DNA of 64,000 nucleotides, from contig MU058781.1 of assembly GCA_013265495.1 (NCBI GenBank), positions 7,607,009 to 7,671,008 on the forward strand, read 5' to 3'. The notes beneath the pieces are model-generated. The model did no database searches. It was not told where the DNA came from and was given only the letters and a program-made list of their open reading frames with translations. This document shows positions 26,801-40,600 of the stretch, piece after piece; within the stretch, counting starts at the first letter, position 1; every line of letters starts with the position of its first letter. The translations under genes and the position numbers were made by a program. Origin of the DNA: Vicugna vicugna. Its lineage: Eukaryota.

Positions 26801-28369
26801 TCCTTTCCACAGCTCTGGAACTCCATTGCCTAAGAAGAAAGTTGGACAAAGTGAGGTTGAATTTTAAGAGCACTCTCTAGAGATGGTAATAAACTCTTCA
26901 TCTATCTTTGAAACCTAGAAAGAGCTTCAACAAATTTTTTGCAGTTTTTACTGTGTTAGTCTGTTCTGGAGGGGAATGGTGATGATAAGGGCAAAACTAA
27001 TTCTCTTTGTAAACCTACTTAAGATTTCATATCTGATTATAAGCACTCTGTTAAATCTGGCCTATCACATATGCAAAATTAAGCCAAAATGTGAATTTTT
27101 CATTCCAAGAATGAAAAATTGGTTGGTTTCATTTCTCTAAACCTAATGGAAGAACACACTAGGTTGAAGTTAAGGGAAGTGATCCTGTTACTGGGTTCTG
27201 CCCTAGGCCTTCATAAGGTTCCAGAAGGAAAATCAATCAATCAGGAAGTACAGACTGAGTACCTACAATGTGCAGGATTAGACCGCAGTCTTCTTACAGC
27301 TTTAAAACTTACTAATGCCTAATAGCCTTTCCTGTGTCTTCTCTATTCATGTTTTTCCTAATGTATCCAAAACTTCTTCAGGAATGCTTTGTCAGATTCC
27401 CCAGAATTAAATATATTTGAGTTTTATTTGGAACATTTAAACCTGTAAATTTAATACATCAGAACTGATGCATTTATAACAGTCACTCTCTCACAAGAAC
27501 ATGCCTCATTGTTGATTAACCTTTCCTGGTATCCTTTATAAATTTTATAGTTTTTTTCTTTATGTGGTTCTTATGGGCTATTGTGTTGAATTTATTAATT
27601 GTGCTACAAATCCAAATGCTCAGTTTCCTTGTTTAGTTTTCAGATACTTAGGGTGATAAAGTTGGAGGAGCAGTGTGTTAAGTTACCCCTTTTTAAAGTT
27701 TTTAAATCCTCCAATTTGGATTTTAAATATGTTATAGTATTTTAAACTACCTTGTAGGTTTTTTATAAAGCCAACCAGCTCTCTTTTTAAATTGAATCCA
27801 TGATTCACCTTGTTTTATGATTTTTTGTTCCTATTTTGTAGATACATTTTTCCATCATCATATGAGAATGTGAACTGATAGGAGAGCATGTTACAGAATA
27901 ACTTTCCACTCATTTTATGAGTTACGCTTTTTCATGAATTTTCAGAATAATTCTTCCTCTAATGATGAATTTTCTTCTTGTTTTTAAAAATTTTTATTCA
28001 TATATTTGTTCATTTAACAAACGTGCTGAGATTTTAAATTACGTTTTCAGCTCCTGAAATACGTGCTCCAGACCTTAAGCAATGTTACAGTGAAGGCAGA
28101 AGAGCCAAAGCGCCAGCACAATGTGATAAACACTGTGACTGAGGTGCACCACAGATCAGCTGTTAAATGTCGATCACATGACCTTTCTAAACATTCACTG
28201 CCCTGTGTGTTAAAACTGGAAGAAGAACATTTGTCTCTTAGGATTATTGTTCAAAGCAAAGGAAGTCAAGCATTTAAAATGCACATCAGGTTACCTGGCC
28301 CAGAGCAGCTGTTTACACATTGTTGCCATTTCTTTTGCCATGAACAGCTCATCTTGAGCCCCTTTATCT

Positions 28370-28522
28370 AAAATTCTCCCATCAGTCATTTCCTGTCCCC
28401 ATCCCCTGTATTATTGCTTCAAAGCACTTACTACTATATGACATTCTCTTACTTATTTGTTTGTTTACTGATTTATTGATAGTTTTTCCTATAAGAATGA
28501 AAGTTCAACCAGGCAGGGACTC
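28370..28522 (+). mobile_element. L2 3' end
   Basis: AGCACTTACTACTAT..TTATTTGTTTGTTTA..AGAATGAAAGTTCAACCAGGCAGGGAC. Confidence 0.6.
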
Positions 28523-31129
28523 AATTATAGTGACAATGTGTGCTGACTCATCACCCAACCCTTTGGTGACCAGGAGTAGAAGAACATGTATGATCAAGCC
28601 TGATCCCCATGGTCAGTAGAGCTGCTCGTGGTCATAGAACCAGTATGTTAAGTGTTAGTCGTGGGCTTAGCCTTCAGGATTCCCAGCTCTAGTCAGCTGA
28701 ATAAACCTATCTCAATTAGATGATTGACTGATAGAAAGGAAGGAGGGAAGGAAAAGAAAAAAGAGAAAGAGAAAGCAAGCAATTCTTACTCAAAATGATA
28801 TCATTTCTTTGGCTATTTCTTTTTAGTAGACTTCAAAGAAAAGTGATGAGTAGCTTCAAAGTTTCTTAAAGCTCTGAGAAAGATGGAGTGTGAATTGTGT
28901 CCTCCATAATACTGCTGTGGTGCTAGGAAATAAAAAGTGGAACTTTACAGTGCAACATTCTAATGAACATGGAATCACTTGGCAGTTGAGATCAGTTGGG
29001 AAAATACTGGAAGGAGTCATGTAGCACTGGTGTTTGATGCTTAAGCATTGACAAATTCCTCCAGAAAAACTGACCTAGAAAGAAACATTAAATTCACATT
29101 TCCATCTATTCCTGTGGGAATGGGCTACATCAAAGCCACATAAAAACATAGCAATCTCCAACCATTTCATGAATTCTATGCTTTATTAAACAATGCAAAT
29201 CTGCACATAAGTTACAACACCAAGTAGTATGTTCCTTTAATTATATGTGTTATCATATAATTTCGAAAGAAACCATTAACACATCCATCAAGCATTTATT
29301 AGAAATCTTGTATATGGAAATCATTACGTAGGCACTGACAGAAATACAAAGACGAGTAAGTCACTGTCTTTGCTTTCAAGGAACGTACGCCTGCTATAGA
29401 ATAGGCGGTTCTAGAAAAATGGTGGCAGCTTTCAGTTTAATAGAATCCAAGTTTAACATAATGTAAAATAAAAATAGTCCACTTTCAGCGTTTGTATGTG
29501 GTACTGGAACTAGTTATACTCAGTGTTGTCATATCATATGATCTAAATAAGGGACAAATCTATACACCCCAGAATAGCGGCTCTTCGTGTCTCTCTGACA
29601 GCCTTTCCAGCTGACATGAAATGCACCCAACAGAGTCCCTGAAAAAAAGAACAAGGGCACAGTCAGTAAGCAGAGTCCAGAAACCCAAGTTACAACGTAT
29701 TTCTATCAAAAGCATTTGGTTGAAAAGATGGCATATTTAAGCTGCCTTTCCCTCCAAGGTTCCTGATGCCACTACAGCTACAATGCTCAGTTTATCCAAT
29801 TAGTCAGTTCTGCAAGCCTGGCTAGATCATCAGTTTTGCCTCAAGACAGAAGGAGAACTTTAAAGATGCTGTAGTGAATGCTTACAAAAAGGGATACCCA
29901 GGCTCTGAAAACACTTTTTTAAAAACTTTTCTTACATTCTGACGGAGACACATGGAATGAACTCTTAACTGACTTTCTCAAGTCCGTTTTCATACCTGTA
30001 CTTACATAGCATGTCTCTGTCGCTACACTGTGAGATGTCATTATCCCTATTACAGAACTGATGAAATGAGGACCCAGATACACAGAGATTTCTAGTGACA
30101 GATGTGCATGTGCACATTTCTGACGATACGCATCTATCTACCTTGTATCTCTGTCACTGGGCTACAAATCTTTTACCATGTCATGAAATTTGTTATAAAT
30201 TCCCAGACATATATTTTTGTTCAGAACAGTTTATATCATGACAGATGGTCTATCTGCTGTGACACATTTAATAATCTGAGGTTTGCATTGGTATAGCAGA
30301 TTATTTAATTTTATGTTCATTAGCAATAACATTTCATCACTGTGGTCTCCCCACAGATTTGGAACATATTGAAACTGAAACAAAGTAGCACCTCATCCCC
30401 CAGAAGCCCATAATCAGATAGCGGGGGCTCCAGAGATGTGGCTAGGGCAGCAGAATTCCACTTACTGGCACTCAAAGATGCTGTCATTGTAGACTCCACA
30501 TTTATTTTGAGGAACTGAACTCAAACAGCAGGAAGGCAGCTTAAGGATATCTGCCTTTTGGCAAATTGTATAAAAGCCTTTTACCAGAAGGTTTAGAGTC
30601 AGCAAGAGCAGCAGCAAGCAAGATGGTTACACTTCCGAACTTAATTTGAATTATTATAGTAAAATAAAATTTACCAAATGAACATTTAATGGTACTGGGG
30701 CAAGGGAGAGAAGCAAAGCTTTCATCAGGAAAATCTGGGACAGCTGCAGCCCCTCACCAGCTTCTCTCCTGTGAATTGTAAGGCTTTTGTAATGTGTGAC
30801 CTTGTACTATTCGGGAAAAAAAGAGAGTGTTCCTCTAACAGTCAAGATCTAAAACATAAAACATGATTGATGTTTCATGGAGTTTGGAGAGGATATAATG
30901 AACCTCTTAAGTTAGAAAATGATACCAATTCTGACCTTCAAGCCCTGGAATGGAATCTGGTGATGGATGAAAAGAAAATTTTCCAAAAAATTATCCTCAG
31001 CCTTCCCTTCAATCTAAATATTATGCATTAGTTCTAGGAATTTGTCTTTGGATTGCAGTTTTCCTCTTCTTATGTACTGTGTGCTAGATGTCTCTGAGGT
31101 GGGTCAGGATGACAAAAGAAAAACATAGT

Positions 31130-31335
31130 ATCACCTATTTAACTGGCACGTGCTATTTATTTGCCTGGCACCTGGCAAGCAGCATCTCATGATTCTAACA
31201 ACACCCCTATGGGCTTGGCATTAAGCTGACTGAGGTGAGGAAACTGAGACACAGAAGATGTTTGTAATTTGTGGAGCTGGGGCATGAGCTCTGGTATCTG
31301 ATGCTAAGGCTCGTGTTTAGTCACTGCACTGTACC
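31130..31335 (-). mobile_element. MIR SINE
   Basis: AACAACACCCCTATG..GGTGAGGAAACTGAGACACAGAAG. Confidence 0.65.
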
Positions 31336-31344
31336 CACTCACTG

Positions 31345-31486
31345 TCCCCACTATTACTGTGTTCTTGTCGATTCCTCCCTTTATGTCTGTTAACAACTGC
31401 CTTACACATTGAAGTGCTCCTGTGTTGGGTGCATGTATATTTACAATTGTTGTATCCTCTTCTTGGATTGATCCCTTAAGCATTAT
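31345..31486 (-). mobile_element. Orphan internal L1 ORF2 endonuclease fragment
   Basis: Minus strand translates IMLKGSIQEEDTTIVNIHAPNTGALQCVRQLLTDIKGGIDKNTVIVG, the NIYAPN..IIVGDFN region of the L1 endonuclease. Confidence 0.85.
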
Positions 31487-31489
31487 TCT

Positions 31490-34400
31490 CCGTTTTTAAA
31501 CAAAAGTTAGCATACTGTATACACTGTTCTGCACAATCCTTCTTTTTCCAATTAATAATTTACTTGGAGATTTTTCTATATCAGTTTATGGTTTTTCTTT
31601 TTTCTTAAGTGCCACTGCCTAGTGTCCCACTGTTTGTATGATCATAATTTATCTAATCCCCAGTAGACTCTTGATGAACATTTGGATTGCTTCCAAAGTT
31701 TTACTATTACAAATACTGATACGCTGAATAACCTTGAATATATTTCATAGGACACATCGACAGGATTATACCACAGGATTAAGTCGCAGACTGAAAATGC
31801 ATCAAAAGTTACACAAATTTATAATTTTTCAGAGCTATGATCAAATTGCTATTTGTAGCAATTGTACTATTTCGAGGCTTCCCAAGCATTTTCACATGAT
31901 AACACTCAAAGTAAATAAAATCATTTACACTAGGGATAATCTGGAAAAGATCTGAAGCCTTAAAAAAGACTACTTGTGGTCAAAGGTAACAAGCCTACAA
32001 GTTCTAACAGATCAGGATCCAGCCAGAGAGGTGAGATCAGTGTCTCCCAGCGCCACGGCCGCAGAGTTCCGCGCTGATGCACGTTTCAGTCAGCAGCACG
32101 TGGTGCCTGCCTCCCCTCAGCTTCACCTAAGAAGACTTATAAACTGGCTTTTGAGTTAATCTGATAGGTTTTAAAAAAAAAAGGTAGATCTATGCAGTTT
32201 TATTCTATTTTAAATGAGGTTGATCATTTTTCATATGTTTTAGTGTTTTTATAAGCTTTTCTTCTGTGAACTCTCCAATCCGTTTCTTATTTTTTCTATT
32301 TAACTGCTTGCCTTTGACTATTGACTTTAAGAAGTTATTTATATATTAAGAAAAAAACTCTTGCCTATGATACAAATTGTAGTTCTTTTCCCCCAATTTA
32401 TATTTGTCTCTTGACTTTATCCGTGATGTTTTGTTTTGCTGTTTTTACTTGCAGAAGTTTCTTTTCTGTTTTCTTATGTTGTCTTTTACAATTTGGATTT
32501 TGAGCTGCTGGTTAAAAAAGACTTTCCTCACTTCAGATTTACAAATGACTTTCCCCATGTTTTCCTACTGGTTTTAAACCTTTACTTTTTTAATGTTAAA
32601 AAAGTTCCATTTGTAATTGTTCCTGATGTTTGGTGTGAAGGATAGATTCAACCTTTTCCCCTAGATGAGTTATACTAGCACCATTTATTGAAAAGTCCAT
32701 CTTTGCCTTCACATTTGTTTTACTTTTTCTTCGTGTGTGTTTGTACATTTTTTTAGTTTATTTCTGGAGATACAATTTTGCTTGTTTGTGCTGTTTTAAA
32801 CATTTTCCCTTTATGTGTTCTGTTTGCTTTTTGTACATAATAATTTATCACTTTCTATTTATTAATGTTTATATCCTATAACTTCCCTAAATTCTCTCAC
32901 TGTGTAGTATTTTAGTTGATTCTCTTGGATTTTCTAATGTACTATCATTTCATATCCACAAGGCTAGTTTATAATGTTTATGCTTCTGATTTTCCTCTAT
33001 CCTGTCTTAACTGTGTTGATCAGTAATATCAGTACTTTGTGGGAAAATAGAGGTGATAGTCTGCATTCTTGTCTTGATCTTGGTTTTAATAGGAATGCCT
33101 CTTGTGTATCTCCACGAAGCACGATGCTGGCTTCTGGACTGAGATCAATTAGCGTTTACTGTGTTTAAAAGGTGTCCATCCATTCTTATTTAACTGACTG
33201 TGTTTGTAAAGAATGGCTATTGTATTTTGCCAAATGACTTTTCATCATATATGGAAATGATCATCATTTTTCTCTAACATTATAAACTACATATTAACAT
33301 ACTTCCTAGGAATGAACCATCCTTGTACTTCTAGAGTAAATTCCTCTGTCAAAATAACTTCTTTTTATATGCTTTTGGATTGCATTTTCTAACATTTCTT
33401 TTAGAATGGTTCCCTCATTGTTGATAAGTGAGATTAATCTATAATTTTATTTGTGTACATAACATCTTTGTCAAGTTTTATTAATTTTATACCCTTTTCC
33501 AAAAATAATTTTAAGATTTCCTTTTGTCTACTATTCTCTAGAAAAGTTTAAACAGCCTTGGCTTTATTTGCTTTTAAATTCCCCTATGAAAGTGTCTAAC
33601 CCTGCAGCTTTGCTGAGAATAACAGCATTTTGATCATTTTATCCATTGCTTCTACGGAACTAGTTCTGTTTAGATTCTCTATATTTCTTGATGTCATTTA
33701 GTGTAAATCATACTTTCCTTTAAAAATCTTTTTCATCCAAGTTCTTCAGTTTAGTCTTCTTATGATTCTTTAAATTCCTCAGTTCCTGTGTGGTTCATTC
33801 TCCCTTTACTGTTGAGTTTTGTTTGATTGTTTGTTTTTAATTGTAGTCTTTCTCTTTCCTGATTAAAGTAAACTAATGGTTTGCTGTTGTTTTAAACAAT
33901 CAGATTTTGTCCTTATAGATTAGGTCTGTCATTTTTCTAATTCACTAGAGTGAGAAGACACAGGCCACGGGGTCTGTCACAGCGAGCTCTCATCGTAACG
34001 CACAAGCAGCCTTAGACAATGTGCAGATGACTAAGTGTGTCTGTGTCCAATAAACCTTTTTTATGGATACTGAATTTTGAATTTCATACAGTTTTCACGT
34101 CATGAACTATTATCATTCTTTTCTTCCTTTTTTCCCGACCATTATGTGAAAGGTAAACACCATTCCTCTTTTGTAGGCCGTGACAAAACAGGCCTCGGAC
34201 CAGATTTGGCCCCAAAGCTGGGGTTTGCTGGTCCCTGCTTTGGCTGACGTCTCTTACATGCACATATTTCTTTAAATAGTATCTGAGTTCCCTAATATGA
34301 ACAACAGTAATGATTTTCTTGCATTTTCTTCTGTACCCTTCCTTCCTCCATGTTATTTCCTTTATCACTATTTCTTCCTATTTTACTTTGTATACTAAAG

Positions 34401-35600
34401 AAGCCTATGCTTCTAGTATGTGAGTTAAGAACTTTTACAAGCTCTGACCCTGAGCTGTCACAGAGGAGTTAACCCGAAAATGTATCCACTTTCCTGCATC
34501 TCCAGGGGTTTTTGGTTTTGTTTTTGTTTTGGTATATAATATCTACGTTGTCAGACTATGCAAGTTTTGTTTCCTTTGCTTTTTTGGTTTTTGGCCCCAT
34601 TTTCCCACATCTGTTCCTTCTGCAATTTTAGGGGTAAACAAACTCAACGCTGACTGCCACTTTTATTATTTCCCACTTACCTCTGAGTTGGCTGAAGCTT
34701 ACCCTCTAGTATTTTCCTTAAAAGGAGCTTCAGTTCTATACACTTAAAACTTAATTCTTGAAGATAAGTTTCCAGTTTACCTGGACAAAGATACGAGTCT
34801 CTTCCTTTCTTTTGTTGGATACCTCTTGTATGTTGCTGTGCTGACTTCTGACCTTGCCTGTGGCTGCACAGAAATATGCAGACAGCCTGGTGGTTTTGTA
34901 GCCTCATCTTTTTGCTTGGTCACTGAAATGTTGATCTTGTTTAAATCTGGAAATTCCAGTAACATTATCAGCATAGGTATGTGACACTCCTGTTTCATTG
35001 TTCCCTAGGACACTGTCCTCCGAATGTAAAAATTCAAGACCTATTAATTTTGGAGACGTTTTCTTGAATTATTTCTTTAAAGATGTTATTTTCCATTTTG
35101 TTGTAGGTCTCTGTTTCTTTTTTCAGGGATTCCAGTTGTAGGTATGTTGGATTTTTAGTTTTGCTTGCTTTCTGTATCTATCATTTTATCTCTAACTTTT
35201 TTCAGTTTTCTTTCAGTATTTCTAATTCCTTTTGTTTACTCTTCTCATTTCTACCAATGTTTCCTTTACTGTATTTTTGCCACATTGTGTATCCTGGATA
35301 GAGCTCCTTGCATGTTTACCTTTATTTGCTAATTTTGGTTTTTCTTCTATTTTAATTCTGTTTCTTCTGTGAGTTCTAGTGTTGCTGACTAGTGGTCTAA
35401 ATTTATAAAGTATACTGCTTAATTTTTTTACTTACTAGTAAACTTTGAGGTCAGATATTTCGTCTCTATGTCAGCATTTTTCTTGTGAGTATTCATTTTG
35501 GAGTGAGTTTTGATGCCTTTTTTCACATTTGTTTTCACGTAAGAATTTTATATGGTTGCTGGGCTGGTTCTTTTCATATTACTTGTCATAGAATGAGTTG
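31490..35600 (-). mobile_element. Ancient L1 (L1ME-like) fragments, antisense, interrupted by MER58
   Basis: T-rich; antisense L1 motifs GAACATTTGGATTGCTTCCA, GCACCATTTATTGAAAAGTC, CATTCTTGTCTTGATCTTG, ATGAACCATCCTTG. Confidence 0.7.
33960..34237 (+). mobile_element. MER58B-like hAT-Charlie MITE
   Basis: AAGCAGCCTTAGACAAT..GTGTCCAATAAAC..TTTATGGATACTGAA..TTTCACGTCATGAA..AAAACAGG..CCAGATTTGGCCC..TTTGCTGGTCCCTG. Confidence 0.8.
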
Positions 35601-37610
35601 AATTTTCTAGGATCAGTGTCTTTACAGAGTTGGCGGGAGAGAGGAAGCTGCCACCTGAGTAACCTTTGAATTTTTGCTACAAAAAGGATGTTTACTTGCT
35701 GCCACAAAGATAGCTAGCTCTCTGTACCAGCACAGCTCATCACTGTGATTGTGCTGTACCCCTCACTCCTCTGAGTCTCTGGGACAGAGTGAAGAGTGGG
35801 GTTCGGCCAATGACTTGTTGACTGTGTTTCCAGCAGAAAAACTTTTTTTTTCAAACAATACTATAAATTTTAAATAAATTTAAGGTGAGCCCCTCGTCTT
35901 CAAGAACTATGATTTTGCTATTACCCTCTGAGTTCGGCTGCGCACTCTCGGTGTTTCATTTTTCCCCGCCTCCTGAGGGAATTCTAGCAATTTTTTATGA
36001 CTCCAAAATTCCGTGCTTTTTCGGATTCTATCTGTCTTTGAGGGTTTTGCTGTGGTTCTTCTGGTGCTATTGTGTAATTACTAGGAGCAAAGAGGGACTA
36101 TGATGACCTTCTCAGCCATATTTGTACAGGGATTCCCATAATGTCGTGCTTTGAAAGGGTTAAGCAAGAAAGGGGCTCTGATACTAGCTTTGAATAGATG
36201 GCAAATAAACTCTCAAAAGCAAATACCGTACCCTGATGAGAACATGAAACTTGGAAGTCTCGAAGAATAATCCTGGAGTAAAAATCTAAAGAATCAGTGT
36301 GAATGATGGAGGCTGTCAGAACCGTAGGATTTCAGACAGAGAGAGACAACTGAGCGTTGAGAGGAGCAGTGATTGGAGGAGTTATGTGGGAACAGAGATT
36401 AGAAGGAGTCATTGGCGGCATGAGCAAATTAACTCGTGTCCTTCCCTACAATTCTGGTCTGAGAACGTCGGAAAATTTTTCCTCACCATTCTGCGTTACT
36501 GGGCGCTTTCCATGTACCTCAGGATATCTCCAACTGTGAAGAGCATGGAAAGAGGGAGACGGTTTCAGAATAAAATATATTTTTTTTTTCCTCTCTGTAG
36601 TCTCGATTCTATGCCAGTTCCTCAGAACCAAGCCAGGCTCCCAGAGGCATTCTGGACCCATGGTTCTTGGCACAGGCAGATTTCCAAAAGATAGAGGTGC
36701 CTTTGAGCCACATCCTGGAGCCTGAAACCGAGCCAGAACAGCACAGACAGGGAGAGAAGTGAAGCGGCTCCAGAACATTTTGTGTCACATATTCACTGCT
36801 GGCCTCTTTGCTTTATAATCTTTTAAAAATTATGTTTTCCCTTGGATATTTTAGTCTGTTTTTATTAGTCATTTCAAGGAGGATCGTTTAAAGACTTGGG
36901 GAAGGCTGGCCCCTCACTCCCCTCCACGGCCTCCTGTGGAGCACTCTGCCTTTGCTCTCTCCACCACTGTTTACTTATAAGCTTGATCTTGGCAGCCAGT
37001 AAGTTTATTTTACATTTTACTGAAGTGTGAGGGGAAATACTGATAGAAAAACTAAACAAAATCCCTCACAAAATGGTATCACCAAATGAGCAGAGTACCT
37101 GAAGAAGTCAAACATCCGGGTGCCCAGAACTCAAAGGCTGATTTTTCTTCCCTATAAGGCGCCCTCAGAATCTCTTCCTGCTCTGGCTGGTGATAAGATC
37201 ATCTGAAAATTAATCACTGGTGGAGAGAGAGCTGTATCCACTGCCAGCCTACAGCGCAAGTCTGAGCCCCGGCCTCCTGGAGTTTCTTGTCTGTATCGCC
37301 ATGAGCTTTTCAGGACAGGGTGTACAGGGTTCTTTGAGAACTGGAGATGCTGGATCGTCTAATTAAAGTGTATTTTTTCTCCTACTACTGCCTCACCTAT
37401 TGGTGATTATTGAAAAATAACATGAAATAATTTTCCCTTGTTCATAATCATGTATCTCACCATAAAATAGAAAAGAAAATTATAATTGCCTATGTAAAAC
37501 TGAAGGGTTTAGAAGTATGTATGTGATTTGTCACAGCAGTTCTGTGCGAGCAGACATCCAGTGGATGTGTGTGTATGGTGGGGTAATATATCTGTATCTG
37601 TCCAGACAGA

Positions 37611-40600
37611 GGGGAGAGGCGCCAAGATGGTGGAGCAGAGAGACTCACAGCTCACCCTCTCCCACAAATATACCAAGAATTACATCTGCAGACCCACTGA
37701 CTCACACACAGCACCTACTGAACTCTGGCAGAATGTCTCTCACTTCAAAATACAGGAGAATTCCCCCAAAATCTGGTAAGAAAGACAAAGAAAAGCAGTG
37801 CAGGACTGGTCCTGTGGGGAGGGAGCAGCAAAGGAAGAAAGGCAGCCTCACACTGGGATGCCCTCCAGCCAGGAGGCCAGTGGGGACAGAGGCAGAGCTT
37901 CCGAGGCTCGGGGGAGAGGGTGGCGGCTGTTTGGCAGACAGAGCTGGGAGAAAATGGCACAGAGGGTGCCTGCAGGGACAAGCTGGGACTGGCTGCTAGA
38001 GATGGGCAATGAGCCCGGGACGAGGGCTGGGGCCTGCTGCACGGGGGCAGCCTCAGGGGACTGGAGGGCAGTGTGAGCTCTGGCCAGGGGTGTGTGTGGA
38101 GCAGAGCAGCCTGGGACCCCCGTGCTGGTGTGGGTGGGGAGGGAAGCACCACAGTCCCTGTCTCCACTTGGCTCCATTGTTGGTGTGTTCTTCTGAGAAG
38201 AGAGGTAGGGCTCGGACACAGCCGCTGCTGCTGAGCGGAGTGGGGAATGCGGAATCCTGCATCCAGACCCAGGGGCCCTGCAACTTCACAGGCAGGACTG
38301 AGGTTTGTTTACAGCCCCAGACAGGGTGCATCTGCTCCCTCCAGTGCCTCTGTGAACCTGCGCCTCTGGGAAGCACAGGCAGTGAGAAGAGTTCTGGCAC
38401 AACGTGGGGGTGAGTATGAGTATTTACAACAGGCCGGCAGACCGTGCCCTATGCAGGGACAAAGGCAGTGTCAACTAAGAGTGCTTTATAAGCCCACATA
38501 ACAAGGGACAGGTAACACCACAGAAGGCACTTCCCAGTGGCCATCTCCTGTGGCCGTACACTGTGACAACCACAGAATAAAAAAAGGAGGCCCTGCTCAC
38601 CAGCAGTCAGGGCAGGCTCTGATCACCACAACACCCACTGCACCCCCACTCACAGGGTAACAGCCAACACACATGGAAGAAAGACATGGCAACCAGCCAT
38701 ACTAGGAACGGCTCTTGCAACAAAACTATCAGATGCACAGTCTACACAGGAATGCTCCCACTTTAAACAAAAACAAGCAAATAGGCCTTCAAGACCACAG
38801 TAGATAAAGCAGCAGAGGAACCACTCCCAACTAAAGAACAAGAGAAGTCCCCTGAAAGAGATCATGACTTCAAAAGGGGGTGATATGAGAGACTATGAAT
38901 AGAGACAGAACACTATAAAAAGGAAATAGAAACTATAAAGAGGAGCCAATTAAACACAGAAAACTCAATGGCTTAGATAAAAACCAAGTTAAAGGCAGTC
39001 AAAAGCAGACTAGACAATGCAGAGAAATGAGTAAGTGACTTAGAAGACAGGATAACAATCAGAACAGTAGACAGAAAAGTAAAAACCAGTGACAGCAATG
39101 TAAGGGGCCTGTGGGATAATACAGAGCATGCCGAAGGACACATGATAGGGGTCCCAGAAGAAGAAAGAGAAAAGGGGATTGAAAAGGTACTTTAGGAAAA
39201 CATGACTGAAAACTTTCCAAACCTAAAGAAGGAAACAGATACCTAAGTCTAGGAAACATAGCTGATCCCAAACAAGAAGCACCTAAACAGACCTACACCA
39301 AGACATAATATTACAATCAGGATGGCCAAAGTTAACTCTTTGTTTTTCTCTTGATGCCTTTAGAATCATTTATCTTTAGTCACAAGGGAACCCTCATGCT
39401 TTCAGCTGATTCTCTACACAGACACTGCTGCCTAAAAGGGAGTGGGAAGGTATATTCAAAGTCCTGAATGAGAAAAAGCTGCAACCTAGGATACTCTATG
39501 TATCTGGCAAGACTATCGTTTAGAATAGAAGGATAGATAAAGAATTTCCCAGACAAGCAACAAGTAAAAGAAGTCAGCAATACTAAACCTATCCTAAAAG
39601 AAATATTGAAAGGTCTACTCTAAATAGAAGGAAGCTATAGAAACAAGAAAACCATAACTTGAAATGTGGTAACTATAATGAGTTGCAAGAGAATAAACAT
39701 GAAGATGTTAAAAAAAAGACATCAAAATCATAAAAAGGGGCGGGAGCAAGAAAATGTAAACAGCTCATACAACTTAATAAGAAAAAACCAAACAACCCAA
39801 TCTAAAAATGGGCAGAAGACCTAAACAAGCAATTCTCCAGTGAAGTCATAGAAATGGCCAACAGGCATATGAAAAAAAATGCTCAATATCACTAATTATC
39901 AGAAAATGCAAATCAAAACTACAATGAGATGTCACCTCACACCAGTCAGAATGGCTACCATTAAAAAGTCCACAAGCGATAAATGCTAGAGAGGGTGTGG
40001 AGAAAAGGGAACCCTGGTGTAGTTTGGTGCAACCGTTATGGAAGACAGGATGGAGATTCCTCAAAAGACTAAAAACAGTCTTACCATATGATCCAGCAAT
40101 CCCACTCCTGGGCATAAAATCCAGAGGGAACCTTAATTCAAAAAGATACATGCACCCCAACGTTCACAGCAGCACTACTTACAATAGCCAAGACATGGAA
40201 ACAACTTAAATGTCCATAGATAAAGAAGTTGTGGTATATTTATCAATGGAATACTACTCTACCATATAAATTAATAAAATAACACCATTTGCAGCAACAT
40301 GGATGGACCTGGAGATTGTCATTCTAAGTGAAGTAAGCCAGAGAGAGAAAGAAAACTACCACAGATATCACTCATATGTGGAATCTAAAAAAAAAAAAAA
40401 ATGAACTTATTTACAAAGCAGACTCAGACATAGAAAGCAAATTTATGCTTACCAGGGGGAGGAGAGGGTGGGGATGGGGAAGTTGGGAGTTTGAGATTTG
40501 CAGATACTAATATATATGGAATATATAAGCAACAAGTTCATACTGTACAGCACAGGGAACTATAGTCAGTATCAATAGTAACTTACAGTGCAAAAGAATA

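Noticed and set aside
37517..38501. Cluster of overlapping 80-160 aa ORFs in GC-rich sequence
   Set aside because: This is the L1 5' UTR; high GC suppresses stop codons and no peptide resembles a known protein
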